The notes under the pieces were generated by a model. That model saw only the letters and a program-made list of their open reading frames with translations, was not told where the DNA came from and did no database searches. From an uncultured Rhodohalobacter sp. (GTDB taxonomy: Bacteria; Bacteroidota; Rhodothermia; Balneolales; Balneolaceae), in contig CAZXYQ010000002.1 of the NCBI GenBank assembly GCA_964644975.1, positions 5,570 through 69,569 of the forward strand: 64,000 nucleotides of DNA, read 5' to 3'. Below are positions 47,657 through 57,440 of the stretch, piece by piece (position 1 is the first letter of the stretch; every line of letters starts with the position of its first letter). The position numbers and the translations under genes were made by a program.

Positions 47657-49777
47657 TCAGGGAAGTGATATAGAGCGCCTTAAAATCCACTCGCCGGTAA
47701 GCAGAAGTATCACAAAAATAAACCAAATTGGATGGTTACTCAAATACCGTGTCTCTTCCGATATCGTCTCAACAGGCTGATCCAGATCGTTTTCACTTAA
47801 ATAGTCAAACATGGGATCCAGCGAGTAATCAGCCAGAAATTCCCCGCCAGACCGAATAGAGAGCTGGCGAAGCAGATTGTCATCGCGACGAGTGTTAACA
47901 AACTCAATCATCGATTGACTGACATCAAACCTGGCCTGATCTTCGCCAATCTGACGATCTCCTTTTTCCGCGATACCTTCAATGATATAAGAACCTTCAG
48001 GCAGATTTCCAGCATTTAACCGGTAATTGCCGCTTCCGGTGTGCCTCATAAGAAAACTACGTGTCTCACTGTTTTGAACAGACCGGATTTGCAGTTCAAT
48101 TGTTGCGTCAGGTTCAGGTTCCTGTCGTTCATTCACCAGTTCAGCCCTGATTTCAATCTCTTCTGTTTCCGTAAAGGATGCTTTTACCGGGTCGATGCTT
48201 AGATTTCTGTGATCGGGTGATGTAGCGGTCCATGATAGAATATCTGTGAAAAACTGTTTAAAAAAGTCAGAAACAGCTTCATTTGCCGTTGTTTCGAAGC
48301 GATGCCAGCCAAACGCGTTAATGCCTGCAAGTCTTCTCGAACCGGCTGATTCGGTTATAACAATAGGGATATTCATTTCTTCTCTTTGAAACTCGGCGCT
48401 AAAAAGCGTCTCTGCGAGGGGAGAAACCCGGAACTCAGAACGAAATGTTTTCAATATTGGAAATCGCCTATAATCAAGGGCAGGAAATTCCAGCAGCGGG
48501 TGACTATAGGGATCGTACTCCTGATTCAGATGTATATCTAAAAGAGACTGACGAGCATTTGTAACAGAATGAGTTAAGAAATTTGCACTATTTAATTCGA
48601 CATGGCGCTGTTGAGAGGAGGGCAGAAGGAAATAGACAACAGGTACATCACTCTGTTCTTCAACCCACCGAAGGAGCGGGTCATTTACATTTGGCAGTCC
48701 GTGGAGAATAATCAGATCAGGGGAAGTGTCGAGTTCTGTTGGGTCTTCTCCTGTGATGGATCCGCCGGCAAGCCTGGTGGCAGATATCAGCTCATTCTGA
48801 GAGTCTGTTCCAATGAGTCTTCGTACAGAGCCGACATCGGGGTGAATCTCGAATGCGAGCGATACGATACGGGTCTTTTCATCTAATACCTCAACCGTAA
48901 ACTGCTCCCTGTTATTTTGAAGCGTAAACTCGCCATCCAAACCGGGTATGTTGATTTGATAATCGAAAAATCCATCTTCAACATGGCGGTCCGAAAAAAG
49001 AATGGCATGACTGGATTCTGATTCGGGGAACAGAATTTCTTCAGAACTGATGATTTCACCCTCTTTTAGAAACTGAACCGTGGCGGTTTCATCTTCAAAC
49101 CCTTCCTGCTGCACCTGCACTCGGAATTGCTGCTCGGTGTTTGAATATGAAACGGAGCTGTACTCAATATCGGCAATTAAGACATCCTGCACCTTCGTTG
49201 TATCACCTACAGGAACAGTAAAAAATGGTATTAAAAGATTCTGTGCGGAGAATATCGGATTCCGCCCCTGAGTATAAATACCATCGCTCAAGAGAAGAGA
49301 AGCCGCAATGTTTTGCTGTTGTTCAAGCTGGTGATCAACCACTGCCTGAAGATTTGTTACGGCACCTTCAGCGGTAATTTCTCTGCCTTCCCTAACGGTA
49401 GCATCAAAAAGAAAAAAGCGGGTATCAAAGCGTCCATCAATTTGTGACGTAATCTGATCAAGAACATCATCGTAGCTGTTCATTCCGTCGTACTCACCAC
49501 GTTCAACGGTAACGCTCTGGCTGTTGTCTAAGTAAATATGTATTCGTGGATCGGTCTGTTCAATCGACTGATCCACAAAGAATGGGTTGAGCAGAAGCAG
49601 TGACAGGATAAGAAATGTAGCGGCACGGAGCCCAACGAGAGACCATTTTTTCCAGGGGGTAACTGAATCAAGATAGGAGTAGCTCCACCATGCAACCGCT
49701 ATACATAGCAGCAGTGCAGCCAGCCACACAAGGGCAGGCATGATCGGGTTTAAACCCTGGAAAAGAACGGTTGTCAT
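47657..49777 (-). CDS. VWA-domain membrane protein (MoxR partner)
   Basis: N-terminal TMs, MIDAS-like YLDNSQS, LLSDG, and C-terminal LLLTGEWILRR. Confidence 0.78.
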   Translation of the reverse strand: MTTVLFQGLNPIMPALVWLAALLLCIAVAWWSYSYLDSVTPWKKWSLVGLRAATFLILSLLLLNPFFVDQSIEQTDPRIHIYLDNSQSVTVERGEYDGMNSYDDVLDQITSQIDGRFDTRFFLFDATVREGREITAEGAVTNLQAVVDHQLEQQQNIAASLLLSDGIYTQGRNPIFSAQNLLIPFFTVPVGDTTKVQDVLIADIEYSSVSYSNTEQQFRVQVQQEGFEDETATVQFLKEGEIISSEEILFPESESSHAILFSDRHVEDGFFDYQINIPGLDGEFTLQNNREQFTVEVLDEKTRIVSLAFEIHPDVGSVRRLIGTDSQNELISATRLAGGSITGEDPTELDTSPDLIILHGLPNVNDPLLRWVEEQSDVPVVYFLLPSSQQRHVELNSANFLTHSVTNARQSLLDIHLNQEYDPYSHPLLEFPALDYRRFPILKTFRSEFRVSPLAETLFSAEFQREEMNIPIVITESAGSRRLAGINAFGWHRFETTANEAVSDFFKQFFTDILSWTATSPDHRNLSIDPVKASFTETEEIEIRAELVNERQEPEPDATIELQIRSVQNSETRSFLMRHTGSGNYRLNAGNLPEGSYIIEGIAEKGDRQIGEDQARFDVSQSMIEFVNTRRDDNLLRQLSIRSGGEFLADYSLDPMFDYLSENDLDQPVETISEETRYLSNHPIWFIFVILLLTGEWILRRSISLP

Positions 49778-49792
49778 ACCGGAACTCCGTAT

Positions 49793-50788
49793 TTAAAGTG
49801 ATTCAAGCAGTTTATTAATGACATCAACTGTTGAAATCCCTTCAGCTTCAGCTGCGTAGTTGGTTACAATGCGATGACGTAAAACCGGAACGGCAAGCGC
49901 ATGAAGATCTTCAATTTCTACATTGTATCTGCCGCGGGAGAGTGCCCTGGTTTTTGCACCCAGGATAATATATTGTGAAGCTCTTGGCCCGGCACCCCAA
50001 CCAAGATATTGATTTACAAACTTGGATGAGTTCCCTGTGCCCGGACGCGTCATAGTGATTAGTTTTACCGCCTGATTTAATACGTGATCCGGAACCGGTA
50101 CTTCACGAACAAGATTCTGAAGATTCAAAATCTGGTCTTTTTCAAGAATGGAATCAATAGATGTATTGCGGGGCGAAGTCGTTTGAGACACGATTTGAAT
50201 CTCCTCTTCAAAGGATGGATATTCAAGCCAGATATTAAACATAAAGCGATCCAGCTGAGCCTCGGGAAGAGGGTATGTTCCTTCCTGTTCGATAGGATTT
50301 TGTGTGGCTAAAACGAAGAAGGGTAGGTCTAAGTCGTATCGGTTACCGGAAGCGGTAATGGTGGCTTCCTGCATGCCTTCAAGCAGCGCTGCCTGAGTTT
50401 TAGGCGGAGTACGGTTGATCTCATCTGCAAGTACGATATTGGCAAATATTGGCCCTTTAATGAATCGAAACGATTTTTCGCCCGTCTGCTTATTATCCTC
50501 AATCACCTCAGTTCCGGTAATGTCACCCGGCATCAAATCAGGTGTAAACTGCACCCTGTTAAAAGAAAGATTCATCGTTTGAGCAACAGTCTGAATCAAA
50601 AGAGTCTTTGCAAGACCCGGAACTCCTATAAGCACGCAGTGTCCGCGCGAAAAGAGGGCAATTAACAGTTGTTCAACAACTTCGTGCTGCCCAACGACAG
50701 TTTTGGAAATTTCTGATCGGATCTGTTTAAAAGACTGCTCGAAAAATGCGGCTGCTTCTTTGGGGTCTTTCGGAATAGTACCGCTCAT
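49793..50788 (-). CDS. MoxR-family AAA+ ATPase
   Basis: GVPGLAKT, RVQFTPDLMPGDITG, LADEINRTPPKTQAALLE, ATQNPIEQEGTYPLPEAQLDRF. Confidence 0.95.
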   Translation of the reverse strand: MSGTIPKDPKEAAAFFEQSFKQIRSEISKTVVGQHEVVEQLLIALFSRGHCVLIGVPGLAKTLLIQTVAQTMNLSFNRVQFTPDLMPGDITGTEVIEDNKQTGEKSFRFIKGPIFANIVLADEINRTPPKTQAALLEGMQEATITASGNRYDLDLPFFVLATQNPIEQEGTYPLPEAQLDRFMFNIWLEYPSFEEEIQIVSQTTSPRNTSIDSILEKDQILNLQNLVREVPVPDHVLNQAVKLITMTRPGTGNSSKFVNQYLGWGAGPRASQYIILGAKTRALSRGRYNVEIEDLHALAVPVLRHRIVTNYAAEAEGISTVDVINKLLESL

Positions 50789-52188
50789 TCAGCCCCCACG
50801 GGTGTCGGGTCTTCAAGCATCATATCCAAATCCTGTTCTACATCACTCGGCATTTCTATTTTATACTCTACGTAAACATCTTCACGAATATCCTCGAGCC
50901 ATTCACTAAGCACTCTCATCTGTTTCCGCTGCAGGGCGATTCCTTTAATTTGATCGTAATCATCCTCCAGGTTTGCCAGATGTTCCGGTATATGACGGTC
51001 GAGTCTTACAATCCGATAAGCTCGTTTATTGCTGCCTGGCATTGTAAAGGGGCGTGGTTCTGAAATTTCACCCTCTTCATCCAGTAACAGCACAATTCTG
51101 TACAGAGAAGGCTCAAGCTGACCAATGGTTAGCCTCCGTTCACCTGTTTCTCTGTTTATAATTCGTCCACCGCTTGGCTTTGTAGCTTCATCTTCTGAAT
51201 GCACTCTTGCAAGATCTCTGAATCGTTTATTATGATTTAAAACACTATCGCGAAGCATCTCCAGTTTGTTTTTAGCAAAGTCATCATCAACACTCTCTTC
51301 ATCAATTTCGATGAGAATGTGATTGGTTTCAATACTATCACCCTGGCGCTGGTTCAGACGAATGATGTGATATCCAAAATCGGTACGCACAACTTCTGAT
51401 ATCTCGCCGGGATCCAGTGCTGCTGCCGCTGCAGAGTAGTTTGCTACGAGGTCGCCTAACGGCATCATGGGCAAAAGGCCGCCACGGGGAGCAGAGGGGC
51501 CCGCACTGTGTTTGCGCGCCATCTCTTCAAAGTCCATTCCCATATTAACTACAGAATCGCGAATGGTTTGAGCCCTTTGAAGTGCGATATTTCGTGCATC
51601 ATCAAGCTCAGGTGGCGAAACTACAATTTGTGAAACTTCAACCTGCTCGGGTATGGTGGGGAGCTGATCGGTCGGAATTTCATTGAAAAACTCTCTTACC
51701 TCCGGGCGCGTTATCTCTACACGCTCCATTCTTCTTTGCTGTAGCTGCTGCGTAACCATCTGCTCGCGAAAGGTCTCGCGAAACTCCGCCCGGATTTGAA
51801 CGATACTGTTTCCGAGGGCTCTTTCGAGCGCTTCTTCACTTCCGGCCTGTCGCACCATTCCACGGATTCGTTCGTCCATTGCGCGGTTCACCATTTCATC
51901 TGAAACCACCACAGAATCCATTTCCGCTTTCTCCAGCATTACATGGTTATCAACTATCGATTCGAGAGCTGAATACCATAAATCCTCTGAAAAGGAGACT
52001 TGCTGGTTATCGAGTTCTGCCTGCTGTAAATACTGGCGGACTTCATTATCCACATCAGACTTTAGTATGATACGGTCGTTCACGATAGCAACGATTTTGT
52101 CTGCCACTTGTTTTTGTTGGGCAAACAGGCTGCCGGCAGAGATTGTGCCTGCTAAGATCAGCAGCAATGTAGTTCTAAATATGTTCAT
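50785..52188 (-). CDS. surA: SurA-like peptidyl-prolyl isomerase/chaperone (start placed at ATG 52188)
   Basis: Signal peptide, DKIVAIVNDRIILKSD, two parvulin domains (FEEMARKHS...GYHII; FRDLARVHSED). Confidence 0.85.
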   Translation of the reverse strand: MNIFRTTLLLILAGTISAGSLFAQQKQVADKIVAIVNDRIILKSDVDNEVRQYLQQAELDNQQVSFSEDLWYSALESIVDNHVMLEKAEMDSVVVSDEMVNRAMDERIRGMVRQAGSEEALERALGNSIVQIRAEFRETFREQMVTQQLQQRRMERVEITRPEVREFFNEIPTDQLPTIPEQVEVSQIVVSPPELDDARNIALQRAQTIRDSVVNMGMDFEEMARKHSAGPSAPRGGLLPMMPLGDLVANYSAAAAALDPGEISEVVRTDFGYHIIRLNQRQGDSIETNHILIEIDEESVDDDFAKNKLEMLRDSVLNHNKRFRDLARVHSEDEATKPSGGRIINRETGERRLTIGQLEPSLYRIVLLLDEEGEISEPRPFTMPGSNKRAYRIVRLDRHIPEHLANLEDDYDQIKGIALQRKQMRVLSEWLEDIREDVYVEYKIEMPSDVEQDLDMMLEDPTPVGAE

Positions 52189-52204
52189 GGGATTTATTGG
52201 ATTC

Positions 52205-53095
52205 TTAATTTGAGACGTATTCCGATAGTGCTGAGCGGGTATCCTCATCACTGAGGCGTTCGACTTCGTGGTTCGATTCAGCCTGCAGGTAAAGATTACG
52301 TTTAAAAGCGTTTGTTATTCTTTGCGATTTTTCAAGTTTTAGCCACTGTTGAATTTGTGGGATCAGCCACTCAAAGTCCGGGTGGTCGCCTTCATTTCGC
52401 ACTTCCCGAAGCTGTACAAAGTGATATTGACCCTGAGAGCGATGGACCGGCGAAATTTCAGAAAGACCAATCACGCCAAGATAACGATTTAACAGCGGTA
52501 TATCAGCAACGGCCATAGAATAAGGCCAAAACTGTGTTGACTCTCTAACTTGAAGTTCCGGATTAACGCTGTAAGTCTGTGCCACATCTTCCCAGTCAAC
52601 GCCCCTCATAAGATCTCTGCGTGCATTATCGATCCCCGTACGGGTGTTTGTAGTAATATGGCGAAAGCGCACATATCGTTCATCAAGTACAAATTTTTCT
52701 CTGTTGGCCTGAAAGTAATCCTGAGCTTCCTCTCTTGTAACCTGTAACTCATCCTCATGTTCACCAAGCACAAACTCTTTGAGCATCTCTTCGAGCACCT
52801 GGCGCTCCATGCGCTGAACTCGTTCCCTGAACTCATTGCTGTTTTGAAGCTGAAGTCTGCGCGCCTCTTTTTCAGAAATTCTTGAATTGATCCACTGGCT
52901 TTTAAAAGAAGATATAGCCTGCATTGTGTCCTGGCGGAGAGCTATTGCCGGAATCTGATCAAGAGCTCCTTCAATTGTGAGTTGTTCATTTCCAACCGAT
53001 GCAATTACAACAGAGTTGTCGCTGTCAATGAGTTCACTGCAGCCTGTAAAAAACCAAACAAATAAAGCGGCAATCAGGGCATATCTGTATTTCAT
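52205..53095 (-). CDS. Parvulin-like peptidyl-prolyl isomerase lipoprotein
   Basis: FTG-C lipobox, VIASVGNEQLT, YFQANREKF, EISPV...YHFV. Confidence 0.78.
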   Translation of the reverse strand: MKYRYALIAALFVWFFTGCSELIDSDNSVVIASVGNEQLTIEGALDQIPAIALRQDTMQAISSFKSQWINSRISEKEARRLQLQNSNEFRERVQRMERQVLEEMLKEFVLGEHEDELQVTREEAQDYFQANREKFVLDERYVRFRHITTNTRTGIDNARRDLMRGVDWEDVAQTYSVNPELQVRESTQFWPYSMAVADIPLLNRYLGVIGLSEISPVHRSQGQYHFVQLREVRNEGDHPDFEWLIPQIQQWLKLEKSQRITNAFKRNLYLQAESNHEVERLSDEDTRSALSEYVSN

Positions 53096-53101
53096 AAAGG
53101 T

Positions 53102-55051
53102 TTAGTTAATGCGAATCCGCTCAGGATAGGTTTGAACATTAAATTCAGTGCGGAGCCTGTTCATAAATAACTCCTCGCGAATAGGCTGATAGTCGCTGCT
53201 CACCCGATGAAAGGCTTCATCAAAGGTCATTTCACGAGGTTCCAAAACTTGATTTAGAATAACGTGTGATGTTCGGTTTCTATAAGTAAATGCTTCAGAT
53301 ATCTGACCCTGATCAAGTTCTGTAAGAGCAGACATAATCTTTTCAGGCGGAGTTGCAACTGAGTCACGAAAAACAATAAGCCCTTCGAAATCTTCAGCAA
53401 AATCGGTTGGGTTTTCACCAGAATGCAGCCTGTTTAATGCACTGTTCAGTGTGCTGTCGGATCGTGAACCGAGGAGAGTATAGTCGTATCTTTCGCCAAA
53501 TTTATAGCTCTCCCTGTGCTCTTCATAATACTCTTTTAGGGCGGTTGAATCGGCCGTTTCTGGGCTCCATATATTTTCATCACTGATCTGAAACACAACC
53601 AGGCCATTTAAAAATCCTTCAATTTCCCTGTCAAATGTGTCAAATTCATTGCGCGTCATTTCAATAACATGCGAGTCCAGAATATACTCTTCATAAAGAT
53701 CTAGCCACATACTTGAATAATTGTTCGCCCGCCGCTCATCATTTGTATCGTTCAGCCAGCTAAAGAAATCATCAACGGTGTAGCTGTGATTATCGAATGT
53801 TATCAAAACCTCTGAAGCGAGGGTTTCTTCAACAGTCATATCTGTTACCAGCGATGTGTCGGCAGACGCAAAGAGCGGGTCAAGCTTAGCGGTGGTTTCA
53901 GAGTTTATTTTAAAATCCCCGATTTCGGCGAGACGCTCAAAAACCTGTTGACGGGAAGGTGCATTTTGGGGAAGGTCATTAAACTGTTCTGTGAGTTCAG
54001 CTCTTCGGTGATCTTCATCTCTGTACGTGCGAACAGAATCGATTTTTAAGATATGATATCCGTAGTTGGTTTGCAGCGGTGAGGAGTAGGGAAGAGATAG
54101 ATCCACTGCCATGACTTCTTCAATAAACTCAGCTGTAAACTGCCTGCCGTGACCGATCCACCCGATATCGCCACCACTAGTTGCGGATGCTCCATCCTGA
54201 CTAAATTCTCTCACAACTTCGTCCCAGGGACGGCCGTCCTCAAGAGCCTCGTACGCCTGCTGTGATAGCTGTTCCGGTGAATTGTCACCCCTTGATTCCC
54301 TGAAAAATATGTGGCTGGTGAGCCGGTTTGGAATTCGGTCGCGCTTCTCTGTCAGGTAGATCAGGTGATATCCAAACTGGGTTCGTACCGGCTCTGAAAT
54401 TTCGCCGGGTTCAAGTGAGTAGAGAGCATCTTCAAACGGTTTTACGGTGGTTCCGGCAGAGAACCAGGGTAATTCGCCACCAACGGAGCGCCCCTGCACG
54501 CGGCTTGAATACGTTTCATCCAGCTCTTTCATGGTCATTTCACCAGAAATAAATTTTTCACGCGCCTCTTCAATTTGTGCGAGCACGCGCTCTTCTTCCT
54601 GTGCGGGGCTCCGCTCATCAAGCTGAATGAGAACGTGTTGCGACTTCATTTCGTAACGGTTCCTGTACAAAAAATCTTCAATAAGCTGCTTTTTTATATC
54701 GTTCTCAAGCCAATAGGAGAAAGCGGCTTGTTTGGAGTAATTTTCATACTCCGATAGAATGTCAGGATCGTCCATCATGCCTTTGTCCCGGCCATAGGCG
54801 AGTTTTAACTTGTAGTCTACATAAAAAGGCAGGAATTCCCGAAGGTCTTCTTCCGTGTAGCTTTCTTCGAGACTGTTCCTTTCGTAGTAATTTACAAGAT
54901 CATCCACCATAACAGGATTGTTGCCGATTGTGGCAACAACATGTTCAGGATTTGGCTGTTGACTGCTTGACTGGGTTGAAGAGAATGATGAACAACCTAC
55001 ATATAGTAGTAAAAATGCGGCTGTAGATAGATAAATAAATGTTCGGTACAT
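53102..55051 (-). CDS. Peptidyl-prolyl isomerase lipoprotein with tandem parvulin domains
   Basis: YVG-C lipobox; GGELPWF...GEISEPVRTQFGYHLI; GGDIGWI...YGYHILK. Confidence 0.85.
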   Translation of the reverse strand: MYRTFIYLSTAAFLLLYVGCSSFSSTQSSSQQPNPEHVVATIGNNPVMVDDLVNYYERNSLEESYTEEDLREFLPFYVDYKLKLAYGRDKGMMDDPDILSEYENYSKQAAFSYWLENDIKKQLIEDFLYRNRYEMKSQHVLIQLDERSPAQEEERVLAQIEEAREKFISGEMTMKELDETYSSRVQGRSVGGELPWFSAGTTVKPFEDALYSLEPGEISEPVRTQFGYHLIYLTEKRDRIPNRLTSHIFFRESRGDNSPEQLSQQAYEALEDGRPWDEVVREFSQDGASATSGGDIGWIGHGRQFTAEFIEEVMAVDLSLPYSSPLQTNYGYHILKIDSVRTYRDEDHRRAELTEQFNDLPQNAPSRQQVFERLAEIGDFKINSETTAKLDPLFASADTSLVTDMTVEETLASEVLITFDNHSYTVDDFFSWLNDTNDERRANNYSSMWLDLYEEYILDSHVIEMTRNEFDTFDREIEGFLNGLVVFQISDENIWSPETADSTALKEYYEEHRESYKFGERYDYTLLGSRSDSTLNSALNRLHSGENPTDFAEDFEGLIVFRDSVATPPEKIMSALTELDQGQISEAFTYRNRTSHVILNQVLEPREMTFDEAFHRVSSDYQPIREELFMNRLRTEFNVQTYPERIRIN

Positions 55052-55238
55052 TTTAATAGGGTACGAAACGTTAAGTTAAGGTTGATTCTGGAATTTAGTA
55101 GTGGCTATGCTGAACCGTTTGTGAACTGTTTGTATGGTTATCGACGTATTCAGTTAGCCTGATAAACGCAGGAATGTGCATTTGATTATGGTCGTATAGA
55201 ATAACATACATTCCTGCGTAATATTTTTGAATTACAGA

Positions 55239-56570
55239 TCAGAACAAAATACCGGCGATTGAAGCATTCATTAAATTTACTATAGAACCGGCTATAACGG
55301 CTTTAATTCCAAATTCTGCCAGTTCTGCTTTTCTGCCGGGGGCCAGCCCGCCGATTCCTCCAATCTGGATGGCGATCGATGCGAAATTAGCAAAACCACA
55401 AAGTGCAAATGTTGCCATTGCGATGGTTTTAGGCGCAATAGCTCCCTGCTCCATCAGTTCAAGCAGTCCAAGATAGGCTATAAACTCAGTGGACACAATT
55501 TTGATCCCCATCAGGCTTCCGGTGGCCAGCACATCTTCCAGCGGAATTCCAATCAGCAGAGCGATGGGAGCAAAGATCCACCCCAAAATCGTTTCAAGAG
55601 TAAATTCATTACCTGGAATAATGGATGTCAGAAGTGTGACTTCACCAAACCAGTCCAGGAATGAATTGATCATGGCAATAATGGCAATAAACGCCAGCAG
55701 CATTGCCCCAACGTTGAGAGCAAGTTTCAGGCCCTCAGTGGCGCCAGAGGCGGCTGCATCGATACCATTTTCATCCTGCTGTTCTATGTTTGCTTCAATA
55801 TCACCCATGGTTTCAGGAGTTTTATCTTCCGGGTAGAAAATCTTAGCGATCACTAATGCACCGGGAGCCGCCATAATACTGGCGCCTAAAAGTTGTTCAG
55901 CAAACATCTGTCGGGCATATTCAATGCTAACCTCATTCACTGCTGCATACGTGTCTCCCAGCATCTGAATGTAAACCGCCATAATACCGCCTGCAATAGT
56001 GGCCATACCGCCCGTCATTACCGCCAGAAGTTCAGACCGTGTCATCCCTTCAATAAAAGGTTTAATCAGCAGTGGTGATTCCGTTTGACCAACAAATATA
56101 TTACCTGTAACGGAGAGTGATTCGGCACCGGAAACCCCCATGAGTTTGCGCATCCCTTTTGCCATTACCGCTACAATTTTTTGAAGAATCCCGTAGTGGT
56201 ACAAAATGGTTGTGATGGAGGCAAAAAAGACAATGGTTGGCAAGACCTGAAATGCAAAGAAGGGCCCCATGCTGCCTTCCATACCCGGACTAAGCGCAAG
56301 ATCTCCAAATATAAACCGTGCGCCCTCAGTGGTGTATCCCAAAAGGAGGACGAAGAAGGAGCTTATTTGACTGAAAATCCATTTTGGCCATCCAAGGGGA
56401 GCGAAAAACGCACCCATTTCGCTGCCTTTAATGATAAAAATACCAAGGCCTACCTGGAGAGCTACACCGCGTGAAACGAGATTCCAATTTACGTTTCGTT
56501 TGTTATTGCTGAACAACCAAGCAATCCCGATGAGACCAAGCATTCCAAAAATGCCGTGAATAATGTCCAT
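55239..56570 (-). CDS. nupC: NupC-family concentrative nucleoside transporter (start at ATG 56570)
   Basis: FFAFQVLPTIVFF, NIFVGQTESP, GMATIAG, EFIAY, FALCGFANFASIAIQIGG. Confidence 0.93.
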   Translation of the reverse strand: MDIIHGIFGMLGLIGIAWLFSNNKRNVNWNLVSRGVALQVGLGIFIIKGSEMGAFFAPLGWPKWIFSQISSFFVLLLGYTTEGARFIFGDLALSPGMEGSMGPFFAFQVLPTIVFFASITTILYHYGILQKIVAVMAKGMRKLMGVSGAESLSVTGNIFVGQTESPLLIKPFIEGMTRSELLAVMTGGMATIAGGIMAVYIQMLGDTYAAVNEVSIEYARQMFAEQLLGASIMAAPGALVIAKIFYPEDKTPETMGDIEANIEQQDENGIDAAASGATEGLKLALNVGAMLLAFIAIIAMINSFLDWFGEVTLLTSIIPGNEFTLETILGWIFAPIALLIGIPLEDVLATGSLMGIKIVSTEFIAYLGLLELMEQGAIAPKTIAMATFALCGFANFASIAIQIGGIGGLAPGRKAELAEFGIKAVIAGSIVNLMNASIAGILF

Positions 56571-56574
56571 AATA

Positions 56575-57213
56575 TTAATCCTGTTCTGAGTTTTTGTTTG
56601 AGTCGGCAGTTTTGAGCGGAGGGAGGGGAGTGCCGCGTTTTTTATCAGCCGGCGGTCGGAAACAGTGACGCGCGCGGGGCTCGTACGCATCTTTTTCACC
56701 AACGAGAACCTTTTTATCGCTCTCAATAATCCGCTGAGAGTAATTGGCCATAACACCGCTTTCTGCGCAGATAGCGTGTAGTTTTGTCACGTATTCAGCG
56801 ATAGCCAGAAGCTGGGGCATCGGTTCGAAAGGCCTGCCTTCAAAATCCATATCGAGACCGGCTATAATCACCCGTTTACCGTCGTTGGCAAGCGTATTGA
56901 CCACCTCTACAATGCGGTCGTCAAAAAACTGGGCCTCGTCTATACAAACTACCTTTGCAGACGAGGTAAGCAGGATGATCTGGTCGGCCGTGTCTACTTG
57001 AATACCGGGCAGGGCGGATTCATTGTGGGATACGATATCTGTTTCGCTGTAACGATTATCCACAGCGGGTTTCACGATAACTACGTTTTGTCCGGCAATC
57101 TGCGCGCGTTTTGCCCTCCGGATAAGCTCTTCGGTCTTACCGCTGAACATGCCGCCGCACACTACTTCAATCCAACCCACGTTGGCGGGCACAAACCATG
57201 GCTCATTTATCAT
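56575..57213 (-). CDS. tdk: Thymidine kinase
   Basis: CGGMFSGKTEELIRR, IDEAQFF, AGLDMDFEGRPF, VTKLHAIC. Confidence 0.96.
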   Translation of the reverse strand: MINEPWFVPANVGWIEVVCGGMFSGKTEELIRRAKRAQIAGQNVVIVKPAVDNRYSETDIVSHNESALPGIQVDTADQIILLTSSAKVVCIDEAQFFDDRIVEVVNTLANDGKRVIIAGLDMDFEGRPFEPMPQLLAIAEYVTKLHAICAESGVMANYSQRIIESDKKVLVGEKDAYEPRARHCFRPPADKKRGTPLPPLKTADSNKNSEQD

Positions 57214-57440
57214 AAATATTTATTCAGGCATCTGATCGATTTATGCGTGGAATATATCCCCTCAACGGCTAAAAGAAAAAGAGAAGTTTTGGTAATTATG
57301 AACAGTCTGTCAGCACAGTAGTCACACCATTTAATTTATAATTCCGTATGTTTATCTTCTTCGATAAAAACGATGCGCAAGTGAAAACATCACTCGGTGA
57401 CCAAAATGCCGCACACGATTTAAAAAAATTAGCTCATAAT

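Noticed and set aside
55239-57440. Extended N-termini of nupC (56756) and the nuclease (57348) in the ORF track
   Set aside because: The extensions overlap tdk or precede the signal peptide; the internal ATGs at 56570 and 57441 fit better.
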